From: an uncultured delta proteobacterium
Lineage (GTDB): Bacteria > Desulfobacterota > RBG-13-43-22
Reading direction: 5' to 3'
Length of the DNA: 63,856 bases
Assembly (NCBI GenBank): GCA_963743305.1
Contig: CAVUPH010000036.1
Coordinates: forward strand, 1 to 63,856
A program made the translations under genes and the position numbers. Under the pieces are notes generated by a model. The model worked only from the letters and a program-made list of their open reading frames with translations, was not told the DNA's origin and made no database searches. Below are positions 9,932-20,031 of the stretch, one piece after another. The stretch's first letter is position 1, and each line of letters begins with the position of its first letter.

Positions 9932-11212
9932 ATGGAAAAAAAACAAGCCCTGAGTGTTTTTGTGGTCATGCTTTTCTTCGGCCTTATGGCTCTGGTTTTG
10001 AACCCGGTCTCATCCAGTGCAGCGGCCGATGACGGCATAGTCATTGGTCTGAATTATCCCGAAACCGGCCCCTACGCCAAACAGGGACTGGACCAGCGCC
10101 GGGCGGCGGATATGGCCCTGGAAGAAATCAACGCGGCCGGAGGAATTTTGGGGAAAAAAGTTAAACTGGTCTACCGGGACACGAAAAGCAATGCCAAGGT
10201 GGCCAAAGAAAACGCCGCGGAGCTTTTTGATAAGGAAGGCGCCCAAATGTTGTTTGGGGGCTCTTCCAGCGCCGTGGCGATTGCCTCGGGAAAAGTGGCC
10301 AAAGACAAAAAGAAGATATTCTTCGGCACCTTGACCTATTCCACCGAGACTACGGGGGAGGAAGGGCACAAATATCTCTTCCGGGAATGTTACGACTCCC
10401 GGATGGCCGCTAAGGTGACATCGACCTATTTGAAAAAGAATTTCGGAGGAAAGAAGTTCTTCTACATAACCTCCGATTATACCTGGGGTTGGACCACTGA
10501 AGAGGTTTTCCGCCAGTATACCGAGACCGCGGATAAGGACAAGCACAAGGGTATTTTGACGAAACTGGGGACCAGTGATTTCACTAACGTCCTGAACCTG
10601 GTCAAAGAAGCCAACCCGGATGTGCTCATCCTGGTGTTATTCGGGAAGGACATGGAAATTTGCGCCAAGCAGGCGTACGACATGGGATTGAAGAAAAAGA
10701 TCCAGTTGGTGGTGCCGAACATGACGATCGATATGGCCGAAGGGGCAGGCCCGGAAGCCATGGAGGGGGTAATCAGCGCCACCCCTTGGTATTGGAAGAT
10801 CCCGATTCAGGAAAACTATCCCAAGGGGGTGGCCTTTGTAAATAAGTTTGAGGAAAAATTCAAGCGTTATCCTTCCACCTCGGGCGCTTCGGCTTACGTC
10901 ATCATGTACCAGTATAAGGAGGCGGTGGAGCGGGCCAAAAGTTTTGATACCGCGGCGGTGATCAAAGCCCTGGAGGGCCACAAATATATCGGCTTAAAGG
11001 ACGAGCAATTCTGGCGTCCCTGGGACCATCAGTCCATCCAGACGGTTTATGCGATCAAGTGCAAGCCGGCGGCCGAAGTCAAAAAGGATAAACATCAACT
11101 CGACTATTACGAAATCATCGATAAAATGAAAGGCGAAGACGCCGCCATCACCCAGGCCGAATGGACGGCCCTACGAACCAAAGTAGGGGCGACGGCCATG
11201 TTGGAGGAATAA
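9932..11212 (+). CDS. LivJ/LivK-type periplasmic substrate-binding protein
   Basis: RBS AGGAGG, signal peptide, IGLNYPETGPYA, EEINAAGGILGKKV, GGSSSAVAIA. Confidence 0.9.
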   Translation: MEKKQALSVFVVMLFFGLMALVLNPVSSSAAADDGIVIGLNYPETGPYAKQGLDQRRAADMALEEINAAGGILGKKVKLVYRDTKSNAKVAKENAAELFDKEGAQMLFGGSSSAVAIASGKVAKDKKKIFFGTLTYSTETTGEEGHKYLFRECYDSRMAAKVTSTYLKKNFGGKKFFYITSDYTWGWTTEEVFRQYTETADKDKHKGILTKLGTSDFTNVLNLVKEANPDVLILVLFGKDMEICAKQAYDMGLKKKIQLVVPNMTIDMAEGAGPEAMEGVISATPWYWKIPIQENYPKGVAFVNKFEEKFKRYPSTSGASAYVIMYQYKEAVERAKSFDTAAVIKALEGHKYIGLKDEQFWRPWDHQSIQTVYAIKCKPAAEVKKDKHQLDYYEIIDKMKGEDAAITQAEWTALRTKVGATAMLEE

Positions 11213-11285
11213 GGCAATCCAGTCGGGCAACTCCTGGTCCCTCTTTTGCTTTTGAATTTTATGGCGCGTTACGTCCGTTTGCGCT

Positions 11286-11843
11286 TCAGCGCAACCGTTC
11301 CCAAACCAGGCTGACATCCCCCTGGACGCCGTTGAGGACCAAGGGGCCCTTCAACGTCAGAACCTTCCCGTCGAATTCAAAGTAGCGCCGCTGATCCGTC
11401 CCCACCCAATTGGGGAGGAGGGCGGCCTCGATATGGTGCACGATGGTCTGTTCCTCCGGAGTGACTGAATAGGTCCCGTAGTAGGCGGTATATCCGCCGA
11501 ATGCCGCCCGCACTTCAGCCTCGGACGTGACCAGGGGGTCGCCCGACGTAAACCCGGGACGGTCGGGGTCCATAATCTGGACGGCCATGCGCCCATCCGC
11601 TTCATAGATGAGCCTTCCCCGGGCATCCTGACCGAAGGGATAAGTCTTTTGTCCGCTAGAATCCTGAGAGTAGAAGGATACCAGCTTCCAGGAACCGACC
11701 AGTTGGGGCATAATTTCTCCACTCAGGCTGCGAACGCTTCTCTCTGCCGCTTCCGTTTTCCTTTCTCCCGGGCCGGTGCTCATACCGACGCAGCCGCTGA
11801 TAAAGAGTACCATAAGCAAGCTCAACAGATGGAGGTTTTTCAT
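11286..11843 (-). CDS. Lipocalin-like domain lipoprotein
   Basis: Lipobox LFISGC; LVGSWKLVSF, G.LIY.ADG.M.VQI, YTAYYGTY, PNWVGTDQRR. Confidence 0.8.
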   Translation of the reverse strand: MKNLHLLSLLMVLFISGCVGMSTGPGERKTEAAERSVRSLSGEIMPQLVGSWKLVSFYSQDSSGQKTYPFGQDARGRLIYEADGRMAVQIMDPDRPGFTSGDPLVTSEAEVRAAFGGYTAYYGTYSVTPEEQTIVHHIEAALLPNWVGTDQRRYFEFDGKVLTLKGPLVLNGVQGDVSLVWERLR

Positions 11844-12038
11844 TTCGGATTTCCTATTCCCTAAATCGGCTTTTTTATTCAAGAGGGGGAACGGCCATGA
11901 CCGCTCCTTGATCACGGGGAGTTCTGCCACTATTGTAGATATAGAGGCGTGCATTTATTAGGACTTCCGTGATACTAACCTTTCCTTTGGGCTTCGTCAA
12001 AAGGTAATCATTATCGAGTTGGCAGGAGACTTAAACAA

Positions 12039-12210
12039 TTATTAAGGGTTTCATAATTGTCTGTACATACTACCGACCGTCATCCCCGAGTGTCTTTGTC
12101 GGGGATCCAGAATCGTACCAGACCGGGGCTGGATTCCCGCCCAGAAGCGCTGCGGGAATGACGATAAGAGAACCTGGAGATAGTCGGTTCTATTATGAGA
12201 CCGTTAATAA
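12039..12210. mobile_element. MITE/REPIN-like element: 19-bp terminal inverted repeats enclosing a REP doublet
   Basis: TTATTAAGGGTTTCATAAT (12039-12057) versus ATTATGAGACCGTTAATAA (12192-12210), 17/19 complementary. Internal CGTCATCCCCG...GCGGGAATGACG at about 12078-12163. Confidence 0.6.
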
Positions 12211-12334
12211 CTGATTAAATCAAGGGTGAATATCTGAATCGACTCGCTCTTTCCTTTTACCCGGGTTGCGGGAAGCTCTTTCAGGGGAAAATCTCCATTC
12301 ACTCTCGCCTTGATATCGCCGCTGAGGATGATCT

Positions 12335-12680
12335 CCGTACAGTGACCTCCTTGAGTTCCCCTTCCAGAGAGACCTTTCCGGCCAGGATCTCGTCTCGGAT
12401 CTCCTGGGTCACGTATTTGCCGAAGATGTCCTTAATGAAGTCCCTTTCTCTCAAGCCTTCGCTCATCTCGTTGATCAGGTCTCCCGTGTACCCGATCTCG
12501 CCATTGGACGTGACCCGGACCTTTTCGTCAAACCTCCCCTCTCTCACCTCTCGCAGAACCTTAATGATCTGCAGCAGGGGCCGGGTCAGGTTACTGCTCA
12601 CGAGATAGGTAACCCAAAGACCCACAACGATAAAGATAAGTGCCTGGTCAAGGAGGGCCGCCCTCAACTCCTGCAGGATG
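12335..12680 (-). pseudogene. Fragment of HAMP + adenylate/guanylate cyclase
   Basis: TM, HAMP (GEIGYTGDLINEMSEGLRER), then FGKYVTQEIRDEIL...LEGELKEVTV, stopping just before the cyclase LFSDIRGFT motif. No credible N-terminus. Confidence 0.75.
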
Positions 12681-13490
12681 ACCACGGTCTCTCTGCCGGA
12701 TCGATTGGCCTGCCAGTGGCATACGCCGGGGCGAAGCCCCCTCGCTGGCGACCGTAAGGGTCGCGAGGCGACCTTTGCGTAATTCGGCCGGTATGGGGGA
12801 GAGACGGGAGGGACTTTCAAGGCACATTGCAGCGCGTGCTCACGAGTGACGACGGACGCGTTGTCGGCATTCATCACAACACCGCGATGTTGTAGGTGCT
12901 ATACGTATCGAAGACTAGTAAACACTGAGTGGGCCCCCAAAGAACATCAATAATCAGTTTTTTGTCTGATAGGAATCAGGCTTTTGGAAATGGGGCCATT
13001 GGTATTTCGCGGAATTTAAGGCACTCAGGCGAGCGCTACGCCGGCCGGATCCATTGAGGCAAGTCCTTTTCACGGACTGCGGATGAACGATAGCGCCATC
13101 TACCCGGCCTACGTCGCCTTCAACCACTTCGCAGACCGGGTATTTCCAAACTAAACCTGGGGTTCACCCTTTTCCCCCATCAAATCCAAGGCCGGGACGA
13201 CCCGATCAACCGCAACCGCAGGCGCCGGTTTCGCCGCAGACGCTTACCAGGGGTTTTTCCGTTCTTTCCTCTTCCTTCGATCCGGAAGACAACCTTGCTT
13301 CGATCTCCTAGTCGGAAAACTTCATCGCCTGGTCTCGGACCAGCCGGGCGATGGAAAAGTTACACTATCTAAATGGGTCTAAAAAATAGTAGAATAGATC
13401 TTAGAGCAACCTCCGGCCGAACCGGACCGGCAAGTCCCCCGCGGGAACCCAATAAGGCAAAAGAAACAACTTTAAGTTCAGGAGGTTTTT

Positions 13491-13826
13491 ATGGCTGAAA
13501 AAAAAGTCCCCATCAAACATTATCAGGAGCTGGTAAAAAACTTTCCCGGAGTCATCGCCGCGGTGGAAAACTTGGGTTCGGCCATTCGCCAGGCCGGCCC
13601 GATCCCGGAAAAGACGGCTGAACTCATCCAATTGGCCGGGGCCGCAGCCGCCCAGTTAGAGGGCTCGGTTCATTCCCACACCCGGAGGGCGGTCAAGGCC
13701 GGGGCCACCCGGGAGGAGATCTATCAAACCCTGCTGTTGCTCATCTCGACGATCGGATTTCCTAAAGTCTCGGCGGCCATTATGTGGGCCCAGGATATTT
13801 TAAATCGAGGGAAAAGGAAGAATTAG
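13491..13826 (+). CDS. Carboxymuconolactone decarboxylase/AhpD-family protein
   Basis: GPIPEKTAELIQLAGAAA...EGSVHSHTRRA..AGATREEI...TIGFP; RBS AGGAGG. Confidence 0.88.
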   Translation: MAEKKVPIKHYQELVKNFPGVIAAVENLGSAIRQAGPIPEKTAELIQLAGAAAAQLEGSVHSHTRRAVKAGATREEIYQTLLLLISTIGFPKVSAAIMWAQDILNRGKRKN

Positions 13827-14139
13827 GATTTGACGGTTTCTCAATCGAAAAGGGATCGGCTCGGCCCTCAAAAGCGGAATTCTGGCGGCGGAGGCTGTCC
13901 GGCAGTCCGCGGCAGCGGACCGCGAGGCCGCCGGCTGTTACCTAAGCCTGCTCCAACCGGTCCTGCAGGTCATTGAAACGCTCCTGACCTGCCAGGCAAA
14001 CCTCGTCAAGGCCAACCCGCCGACTCGCCCGGAACCACAGTTCTTAGCCCGTACGCTCAAGGACGTTTACGAAAAAACCTTAAAAATAGCCTAACCGGAT
14101 GCGGATTAAAATTTAACCGGAGAGGAGGCATTCTTTGCC

Positions 14140-16659
14140 ATGATTTTTTCAGGACTGATTAATAATATCACCCTCATCATTTCCTTGAGCATTTTATATA
14201 GTTTTATCATTCGTAGATGGAAATATGGGTCGCGCATCGGCCAAGCGATCTCCGGTTTTCTATTTGGCGCGGTTGCCGTTGTCGGCATGATGAATCCCCT
14301 CACTATTTCACCGGGCCTTATTTTTGACGGCCGCTCCATTATCATCAGTATGGCGGGTTTCATCGGTGGCTGGGTCACCGCCTTGATTGCCGCCCTAATA
14401 GGCATAATCTATCGAGCTTGGCTTGGCGGACCGGGGGAAATCATGGGGGTTTCCGTTATTGCTTCGTCTGCCGCGATCGGTATTGCCTATCATTACCTCC
14501 GTCGCCGCAGACCTCACGTGGTCAAGCCCTTATACCTGATCGGATTCGGGATCATCGTCCACATCTGCATGTTGGCCCTGACCATGACCCTGCCATCCAG
14601 CATGAGGTACGAAGTTTTATCTAACATAGCCATGCCGGTCATCCTCATATACCCGCTCGGGACGCTCCTCGTCGGCGCTGTATTCCTCGATCTGGAGTCA
14701 CGCCTGCGGGCTGAAGAGTCCTTGCAGGAGAGCGAGGTCCGATATCGGGAACTATTTGAGAACGCCGGCGAGGCGATTTTTGTGGCTCAGGACGGCAAGC
14801 TGGTTTTCCATAATCAGAGGACCGTGAAGGTGCTCGGTTATTCCGGTGAAGAACTCCTGTCAAAACCGTTTGTTGAATTTATCCAAGCGGAGGACCGGGG
14901 TCTGTTTCTCGACTGGGAACTTCGACGAAAAAAGGATGAGGAGCTTCCCCGCACCCGCACTTTGCGGATAATTCGCGGGGACGGTAACGTCAGGTGGACA
15001 GAACTCAATACCGTCGGTTTGAACTGGAAGGGGACACCCGCCACGTTGAATTTTCTAAGTGACGTCACTGACCGCAAGCAGGCGGAGGAAAAACTGCGGC
15101 AGAGCGAGAAAAGGTATCGCGAGCTGTATGATTTTTTGCCCATCCCAGTCTATGAAATGGATCTGGAAGCGAATATTACTTCCGCTAACCGCGCTATTTA
15201 TAAAATGTTTAGAGGTACAGCCGAGGATTTAAAAAAGGGTATTAAAGCCTGGCAGTTGCTTTCACCTGAAGAGATCGAAAGATCCAACCAAAACATTCAA
15301 AAGGTGTTAAAAGGGGAGCAAGTCAAGGATACGGAATATACTTTAAGGAGGTTGGATGAGTCGGTCTTTCCTGCCCTGGTCATCTCCAGTGTCATTTATA
15401 GTGATGGCCAACGTGTGGGGCTCAGAGGAGCTATCATAGATATTAGCGAACGCCAGCGGGCGGAGGAGGAAAAACGAAGTCTGGAAGAACGTCTGCAACG
15501 GGCGGAAAAGATGGAAGCGTTGGGATTACTCGCCGGCGGGGTGGCTCATGATTTAAACAATGTGCTGGGTATCGTGGTCGGTTATGCGGAGCTGCTCCTG
15601 GATGACCTGGATGAATTCAGCCCGATGAGAGACAACCTGCTTAACATTATGGATGGAGGCCAGCGGGCGGCGGCCATCGTCCAGGATCTGCTGACCCTCA
15701 CCCGAAGAGGCGTCGCGGGCCGAAAAATCCTGAATCTCAACCGGCTGATCCTCAATTTTAAGAAATCAGCGGAGTGGGAGAAGCTGCTTTCCTCTCATCC
15801 CGCAGTGCAAATCAAGACCGATCTGGAACCCGATCTGTTGAACATCTCCGGATCTTCCCTCCATCTGGAGAAAACGTTGTTCAATCTGGTTTCCAATGCC
15901 TGCGAGGCCATGCCGAAGGGCGGCGACCTGATCATCAAAACCAGCAATCAGTATCTGGACCAGACTATTCAGGGCTATGACCATACCCGCGAGGGCGATT
16001 ATGTGGTGCTTTCCGTAGCCGATACGGGGGAAGGCATCCCGGCTGCCGACCTGAAGCGCATCTTTGAGCCGTTTTATACGAAGAAGATTATGGGCCGAAG
16101 CGGGACAGGTTTAGGACTGGCGGTGGTCTGGGGAACCGTGAAGGATCATAACGGAACCATTGATGTTCAGAGCGAAGAAGGAAAGGGGACCCTTTTTACC
16201 CTTTATTTTCCGGTGGCGAGGGAGGAAATCACGGCGGAAGCCTCTTCAGTATTAGTGGCTGAATACCTGGGCCGGGGAGAATCCATTCTGGTAGTGGATG
16301 ACGTCAAGGGTCAGCGAGACCTGGCGGCGGCCATGCTGAAGAAGCTGAATTACCGCGTGGCAAGTGTTTCCAGCGGTGAGGCGGCCATCGAATATTTAAA
16401 GGAGCAGGAAGTGGATTTACTGGTGCTGGATATGATTATGGAGCCCGGTATGGACGGACTGGACACGTATAAGCGAGTTCTGGAAATCCATCCCCAACAG
16501 AAGGCGATCATTGTCAGCGGCTTTTCGGAGTCGGATCGGGTGACGGCCGCCCAGGACTTGGGCGCGGGCGAATATGTGAAAAAGCCTTATGTCATTGAGA
16601 AGCTGGGGCTGGCCGTGAGGAAAGAGTTGGATAATAGAGGGTTGGATCAACTGTTCTGA
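14140..16659 (+). CDS. Hybrid sensor histidine kinase (5TM LytS-type, 2x PAS, HisKA, HATPase, REC)
   Basis: GLIFDGRSII, LAGGVAHDLNN, NLVSNACEAM, DTGEGI, FEPFYTKK, GTGLGL, ILVVDD/LDMIM/KP. Confidence 0.93.
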   Translation: MIFSGLINNITLIISLSILYSFIIRRWKYGSRIGQAISGFLFGAVAVVGMMNPLTISPGLIFDGRSIIISMAGFIGGWVTALIAALIGIIYRAWLGGPGEIMGVSVIASSAAIGIAYHYLRRRRPHVVKPLYLIGFGIIVHICMLALTMTLPSSMRYEVLSNIAMPVILIYPLGTLLVGAVFLDLESRLRAEESLQESEVRYRELFENAGEAIFVAQDGKLVFHNQRTVKVLGYSGEELLSKPFVEFIQAEDRGLFLDWELRRKKDEELPRTRTLRIIRGDGNVRWTELNTVGLNWKGTPATLNFLSDVTDRKQAEEKLRQSEKRYRELYDFLPIPVYEMDLEANITSANRAIYKMFRGTAEDLKKGIKAWQLLSPEEIERSNQNIQKVLKGEQVKDTEYTLRRLDESVFPALVISSVIYSDGQRVGLRGAIIDISERQRAEEEKRSLEERLQRAEKMEALGLLAGGVAHDLNNVLGIVVGYAELLLDDLDEFSPMRDNLLNIMDGGQRAAAIVQDLLTLTRRGVAGRKILNLNRLILNFKKSAEWEKLLSSHPAVQIKTDLEPDLLNISGSSLHLEKTLFNLVSNACEAMPKGGDLIIKTSNQYLDQTIQGYDHTREGDYVVLSVADTGEGIPAADLKRIFEPFYTKKIMGRSGTGLGLAVVWGTVKDHNGTIDVQSEEGKGTLFTLYFPVAREEITAEASSVLVAEYLGRGESILVVDDVKGQRDLAAAMLKKLNYRVASVSSGEAAIEYLKEQEVDLLVLDMIMEPGMDGLDTYKRVLEIHPQQKAIIVSGFSESDRVTAAQDLGAGEYVKKPYVIEKLGLAVRKELDNRGLDQLF

Positions 16660-16900
16660 AAATTCAATTCCGAATTTGTATTTAAATTCATACAAAATAG
16701 CTCATCAAAAGGGAAAACGCGGAATAGATTTTTACATTATTCCTTATTTCTCCATAAGTTACCCTATCTGGCCTCTTGCTTGCATTTATATAGGTTCAAC
16801 CTCAAACAATCTTTCCTTTCCCACTTTCAGAACCCCCAACCACACCTTGCCGAAAGAATTTGACCCAGGTGTTTCAGGGGGAGAAAGGATTAAATGAACT

Positions 16901-17236
16901 ATGCCAAAAAAAATAGCTCTTTTCCTGCTGCCGTTGCTGTTGATATTCTTTTTTGCCGGACCCTCCACGGTCTTCGGGGCCATCGGCCCGATGAACGCGG
17001 CGAATTTCCCTGTTCCCCCCGGTCGCGGGGAGGAAATTTCCATGATCCTCAAGGTCCTGGAGCACAAAATGGGGAATCAGAAAATCCCGCAAAAAGCCCT
17101 GAATAAATTGCTCAGCCTAAATGAGGAGCAGATCGGTCTGATCGCTTCCCTTTCCCAACGGATAGCGGACAACACCCAAACCGTCGGGGCCGATGTGGCC
17201 TTTCTAATGATCACCGCCATTTTGGTATGGTCCTGA
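16901..17236 (+). CDS. Hypothetical exported/membrane protein
   Basis: Signal-like N-terminus and hydrophobic C-terminus. Confidence 0.6.
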   Translation: MPKKIALFLLPLLLIFFFAGPSTVFGAIGPMNAANFPVPPGRGEEISMILKVLEHKMGNQKIPQKALNKLLSLNEEQIGLIASLSQRIADNTQTVGADVAFLMITAILVWS

Positions 17237-17270
17237 ACTGTCCCGTCTTTGGTCCGTTGCCTCTGGCGGG

Positions 17271-18176
17271 ATGAATGGCATCGTGATGAATAGACTTCTG
17301 AAACTGGCTGAAAGAGTCATGGGCCGCCTTAAGGGCACGGCACACCTTTTTTACCATATCGTCATCATCGCCCTCAGCGCGGGAATAGTATTTTCTCTGC
17401 ATCATTGGGTTCCCTTGATCGCTCAATATTTTTTAACCGTCTGGTCCTTCATCGCCGACGAAAAAATATTCCTTACTTCCATTGAAATCGTTCTGGCCGT
17501 ACTGCTCATCCTCTTTTTTAACTACCTGGGCCGGATGTGGTCCGATAGGAAGTTGGCCCGGATGTCCCGGAATGCCGGCATGGTCCACCTGTTTCCTGCC
17601 CGCGGCTTCCTGGCCCGACGGCGGATCAGGAAATTAAAAGAGAAAACGGGTTATGCTCGGGAGGTCTTGGGGATCTTTTCCAGCGGTTTTCAGACGCTGG
17701 TGGAACCCACCGGTGACATGCACGGCGTCATCCAGAACTGCCGCGAGGCCAAGATCATGCTCCAAAATCCGGAAGGCAAAGCAGTCACAGCCCGGTCCAA
17801 AATTTTACTCGATCCGGAGATCCCCCCCGAAAGGACCCGGGAACAACTGGCCAAAACCATCGACTTTCTCCGGGGGCTCAAATCACTTCATAAAAGCGTC
17901 CGACTGAAACTCTACCCGGAGGCCCCTTTTCTCAAATTGGCCGTCCTGGGAGACACCCTCTGGCTGAGGCATTACTATCCCCGTTTCGACATGCCAAATA
18001 TGCCGGAATACGTCTTTTGCAACAATCAGAACAACGGCAGTCTTTTTATGACCTTCTACCAGTATTTTCTTTTACGCTGGAACGACCCGGCCATACCTGA
18101 ATTTGACTTTGAAACCGCTGAGCTGGTTTTCCGGGACGAATCCGGAAATACGACCAGGAGGGAAACCTTTAGGTAA
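17271..18176 (+). CDS. Hypothetical protein: 2 TM helices plus a PLD/TrmB-like (DUF5919-like) C-terminal domain
   Basis: Two hydrophobic segments; IMLQNPEG, VRLKLYPEAPFLKL, FYQYFLLRWND pattern. Confidence 0.6.
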   Translation: MNGIVMNRLLKLAERVMGRLKGTAHLFYHIVIIALSAGIVFSLHHWVPLIAQYFLTVWSFIADEKIFLTSIEIVLAVLLILFFNYLGRMWSDRKLARMSRNAGMVHLFPARGFLARRRIRKLKEKTGYAREVLGIFSSGFQTLVEPTGDMHGVIQNCREAKIMLQNPEGKAVTARSKILLDPEIPPERTREQLAKTIDFLRGLKSLHKSVRLKLYPEAPFLKLAVLGDTLWLRHYYPRFDMPNMPEYVFCNNQNNGSLFMTFYQYFLLRWNDPAIPEFDFETAELVFRDESGNTTRRETFR

Positions 18177-18239
18177 ACTCGAATTTCGAGATCGATGGGA
18201 TCTGAACAGCGCGGCATGCCTCCTCCGGGCGTTTAGGGA

Positions 18240-18524
18240 TCAGAGCACCACTTCCACCCCTTTCCCGAAGGCCACATAATTCCTGATTTGTCGGGCCGCT
18301 TCTTTAGGATCAGGATAATACCAGGCGGCATCCGGGTTAATCTCTCCCGCCACCACCAGATCGTAATAGCCGGCCTCCCCTTTCCACGGGCAGATGGTTC
18401 GGGTACTGCTTTCCCGCAGAAAATCCTTTTTCACCGAATGGGGAGGGAAGTAGTGCCTCCCCTCAACGACCAGCGTTTCCTGGCTCTCGGCCAGCAGGGT
18501 ATTTTTCCATTGGGCCTTCATCAC
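18240..18524 (-). CDS. DUF427 family protein
   Basis: LAES..T.VVEG.HYFPP, T.CPWKGEA.YY, DAAWYYPDP, I.NYVAF. Confidence 0.9.
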   Translation of the reverse strand: MMKAQWKNTLLAESQETLVVEGRHYFPPHSVKKDFLRESSTRTICPWKGEAGYYDLVVAGEINPDAAWYYPDPKEAARQIRNYVAFGKGVEVVL

Positions 18525-18833
18525 TTAACGGGCACCTCTTTCCTTTCGATCCATAATGGCAGTTGTCGAGGCGGCGGTCAAAGCCGCCTTATTTGGGTTA
18601 GAACCAATTGTATCAGAAGCTAAGGTTTACAACCAGGACGATGAGACTTTGGGTTCTAGTTCGCTCCTCCTGTCCCCCCATCCTTTGAAGGATGAGGCCA
18701 GACCGTTTGACCTGCATCTGTTTTTTCTCCTTGCCCCCTTCTTCCGCCTATTCTATACTCCCCTCATCTAAGGGGAAACGACGTTCTGACGTGTCTGGCT
18801 GATCAATCAATCTATGGGAAAGGAAACCGAATT

Positions 18834-19877
18834 ATGAGCGCAGAATTGGGACGCAGAGAGTTTCTCAAATTTTCCATGGCCACCGGCGCATTGCTTGCGA
18901 CCGGGGAGGCCTTGAAAGGAGGCCCCATGGCCCAGGAGACCGGGAAAATGACCGAGGTGGACAAACTGACGATCTGGGTACTGACCGACAACTATTTCGA
19001 CACGCTGCGGCCGGACAGCAAAATTACCAAACGCTACCGGGTGGTGCCCGGAAAGTCGATCCACGCCGAACACGGCTTGGCCTATTACCTGGAGACGGTC
19101 GTCGATGGAAAGGCCAACGCCTGCATGTTCGATTACGGACTCGACCCGATCGGGGTGATGAACAACATTTCGCTTCTTGGGCTGGATGTGGGAAAAACCC
19201 GGGCCTTCGGGCTGAGCCACGGCCATTTCGATCATTTCATGGCCGCCGTCGAAATCCTAAAACGCAACCAGACACGGATCGCCAAAGGGACTCCCTTTTA
19301 TGTGGGCGATGAAGCCTTTTACCGAAGATATTCACTGCGGCCCGGAGGAGGCGAGGCAATGGATATCGGCCAATTAAAAAAAGAGGACATTGAAGCCCTG
19401 GGACTCAAGGTGGTGGAGGTCAAGTCCTCGACCCAGATTATTCCGGGGGCTTATTTCACCGGCAACATCGAACGGGTCACGGACTATGAAAAGGTTCCAC
19501 CGAGTCTGCTGATCAAACGGGCTGAAAAACCGGAACCCGACGACTTCCGAGGAGAACAGGCTTTCTTCTTCAAACTGAAGGGAAAAGGGCTGGTGGTCCT
19601 TTCCGGTTGCGCCCATGCCGGCATCGTCAACACGGTCAAACACGCCCAGAAAATCTCCGGCAGCGAAAAAATCCACGCCGTCCTGGGAGGGTTTCACCTC
19701 ATTAACGCCAAGCCGGAAATCATTCAAAGGACCGTGGCCGACATCAAGGCCCTGAAACCGGACTATGTGGTACCCACCCACTGCACGGGCTTTGAAGCCA
19801 TCGTGGCTTTCAAACAGGAAATGCCCGAGGAGTTTATTATCAACACGGCCGGGACGCAATATTCTTTCGTGGCCTAA
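18834..19877 (+). CDS. Metallo-beta-lactamase-fold hydrolase (AEHGL subfamily) with twin-arginine signal
   Basis: GRREFLK Tat motif; AEHGLAY, LSHGHFDH, SGCAHAGIVN, GGFHL, PTHCTG. Confidence 0.88.
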   Translation: MSAELGRREFLKFSMATGALLATGEALKGGPMAQETGKMTEVDKLTIWVLTDNYFDTLRPDSKITKRYRVVPGKSIHAEHGLAYYLETVVDGKANACMFDYGLDPIGVMNNISLLGLDVGKTRAFGLSHGHFDHFMAAVEILKRNQTRIAKGTPFYVGDEAFYRRYSLRPGGGEAMDIGQLKKEDIEALGLKVVEVKSSTQIIPGAYFTGNIERVTDYEKVPPSLLIKRAEKPEPDDFRGEQAFFFKLKGKGLVVLSGCAHAGIVNTVKHAQKISGSEKIHAVLGGFHLINAKPEIIQRTVADIKALKPDYVVPTHCTGFEAIVAFKQEMPEEFIINTAGTQYSFVA

Positions 19878-20031
19878 GCAGAATCTTCGGGACCAAAGCC
19901 CAAAGGATTCTGATTTAAGTTCTCGGCGGCGGCGTTCAGAAAAGAAGTCTCTCGGCAGCTTGCATCCACACCTTCGCGACCGGGCGTTGTGGGCTTCGAT
20001 AGCAGGTCGCTCAAAAGAAAGGAGAAAGAAA

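Noticed and set aside
13055-13057. TGA in GRIH*GK as a recoded codon
   Set aside because: It aligns with Trp in a fragmentary relic, and other genes use TGA as a normal stop.
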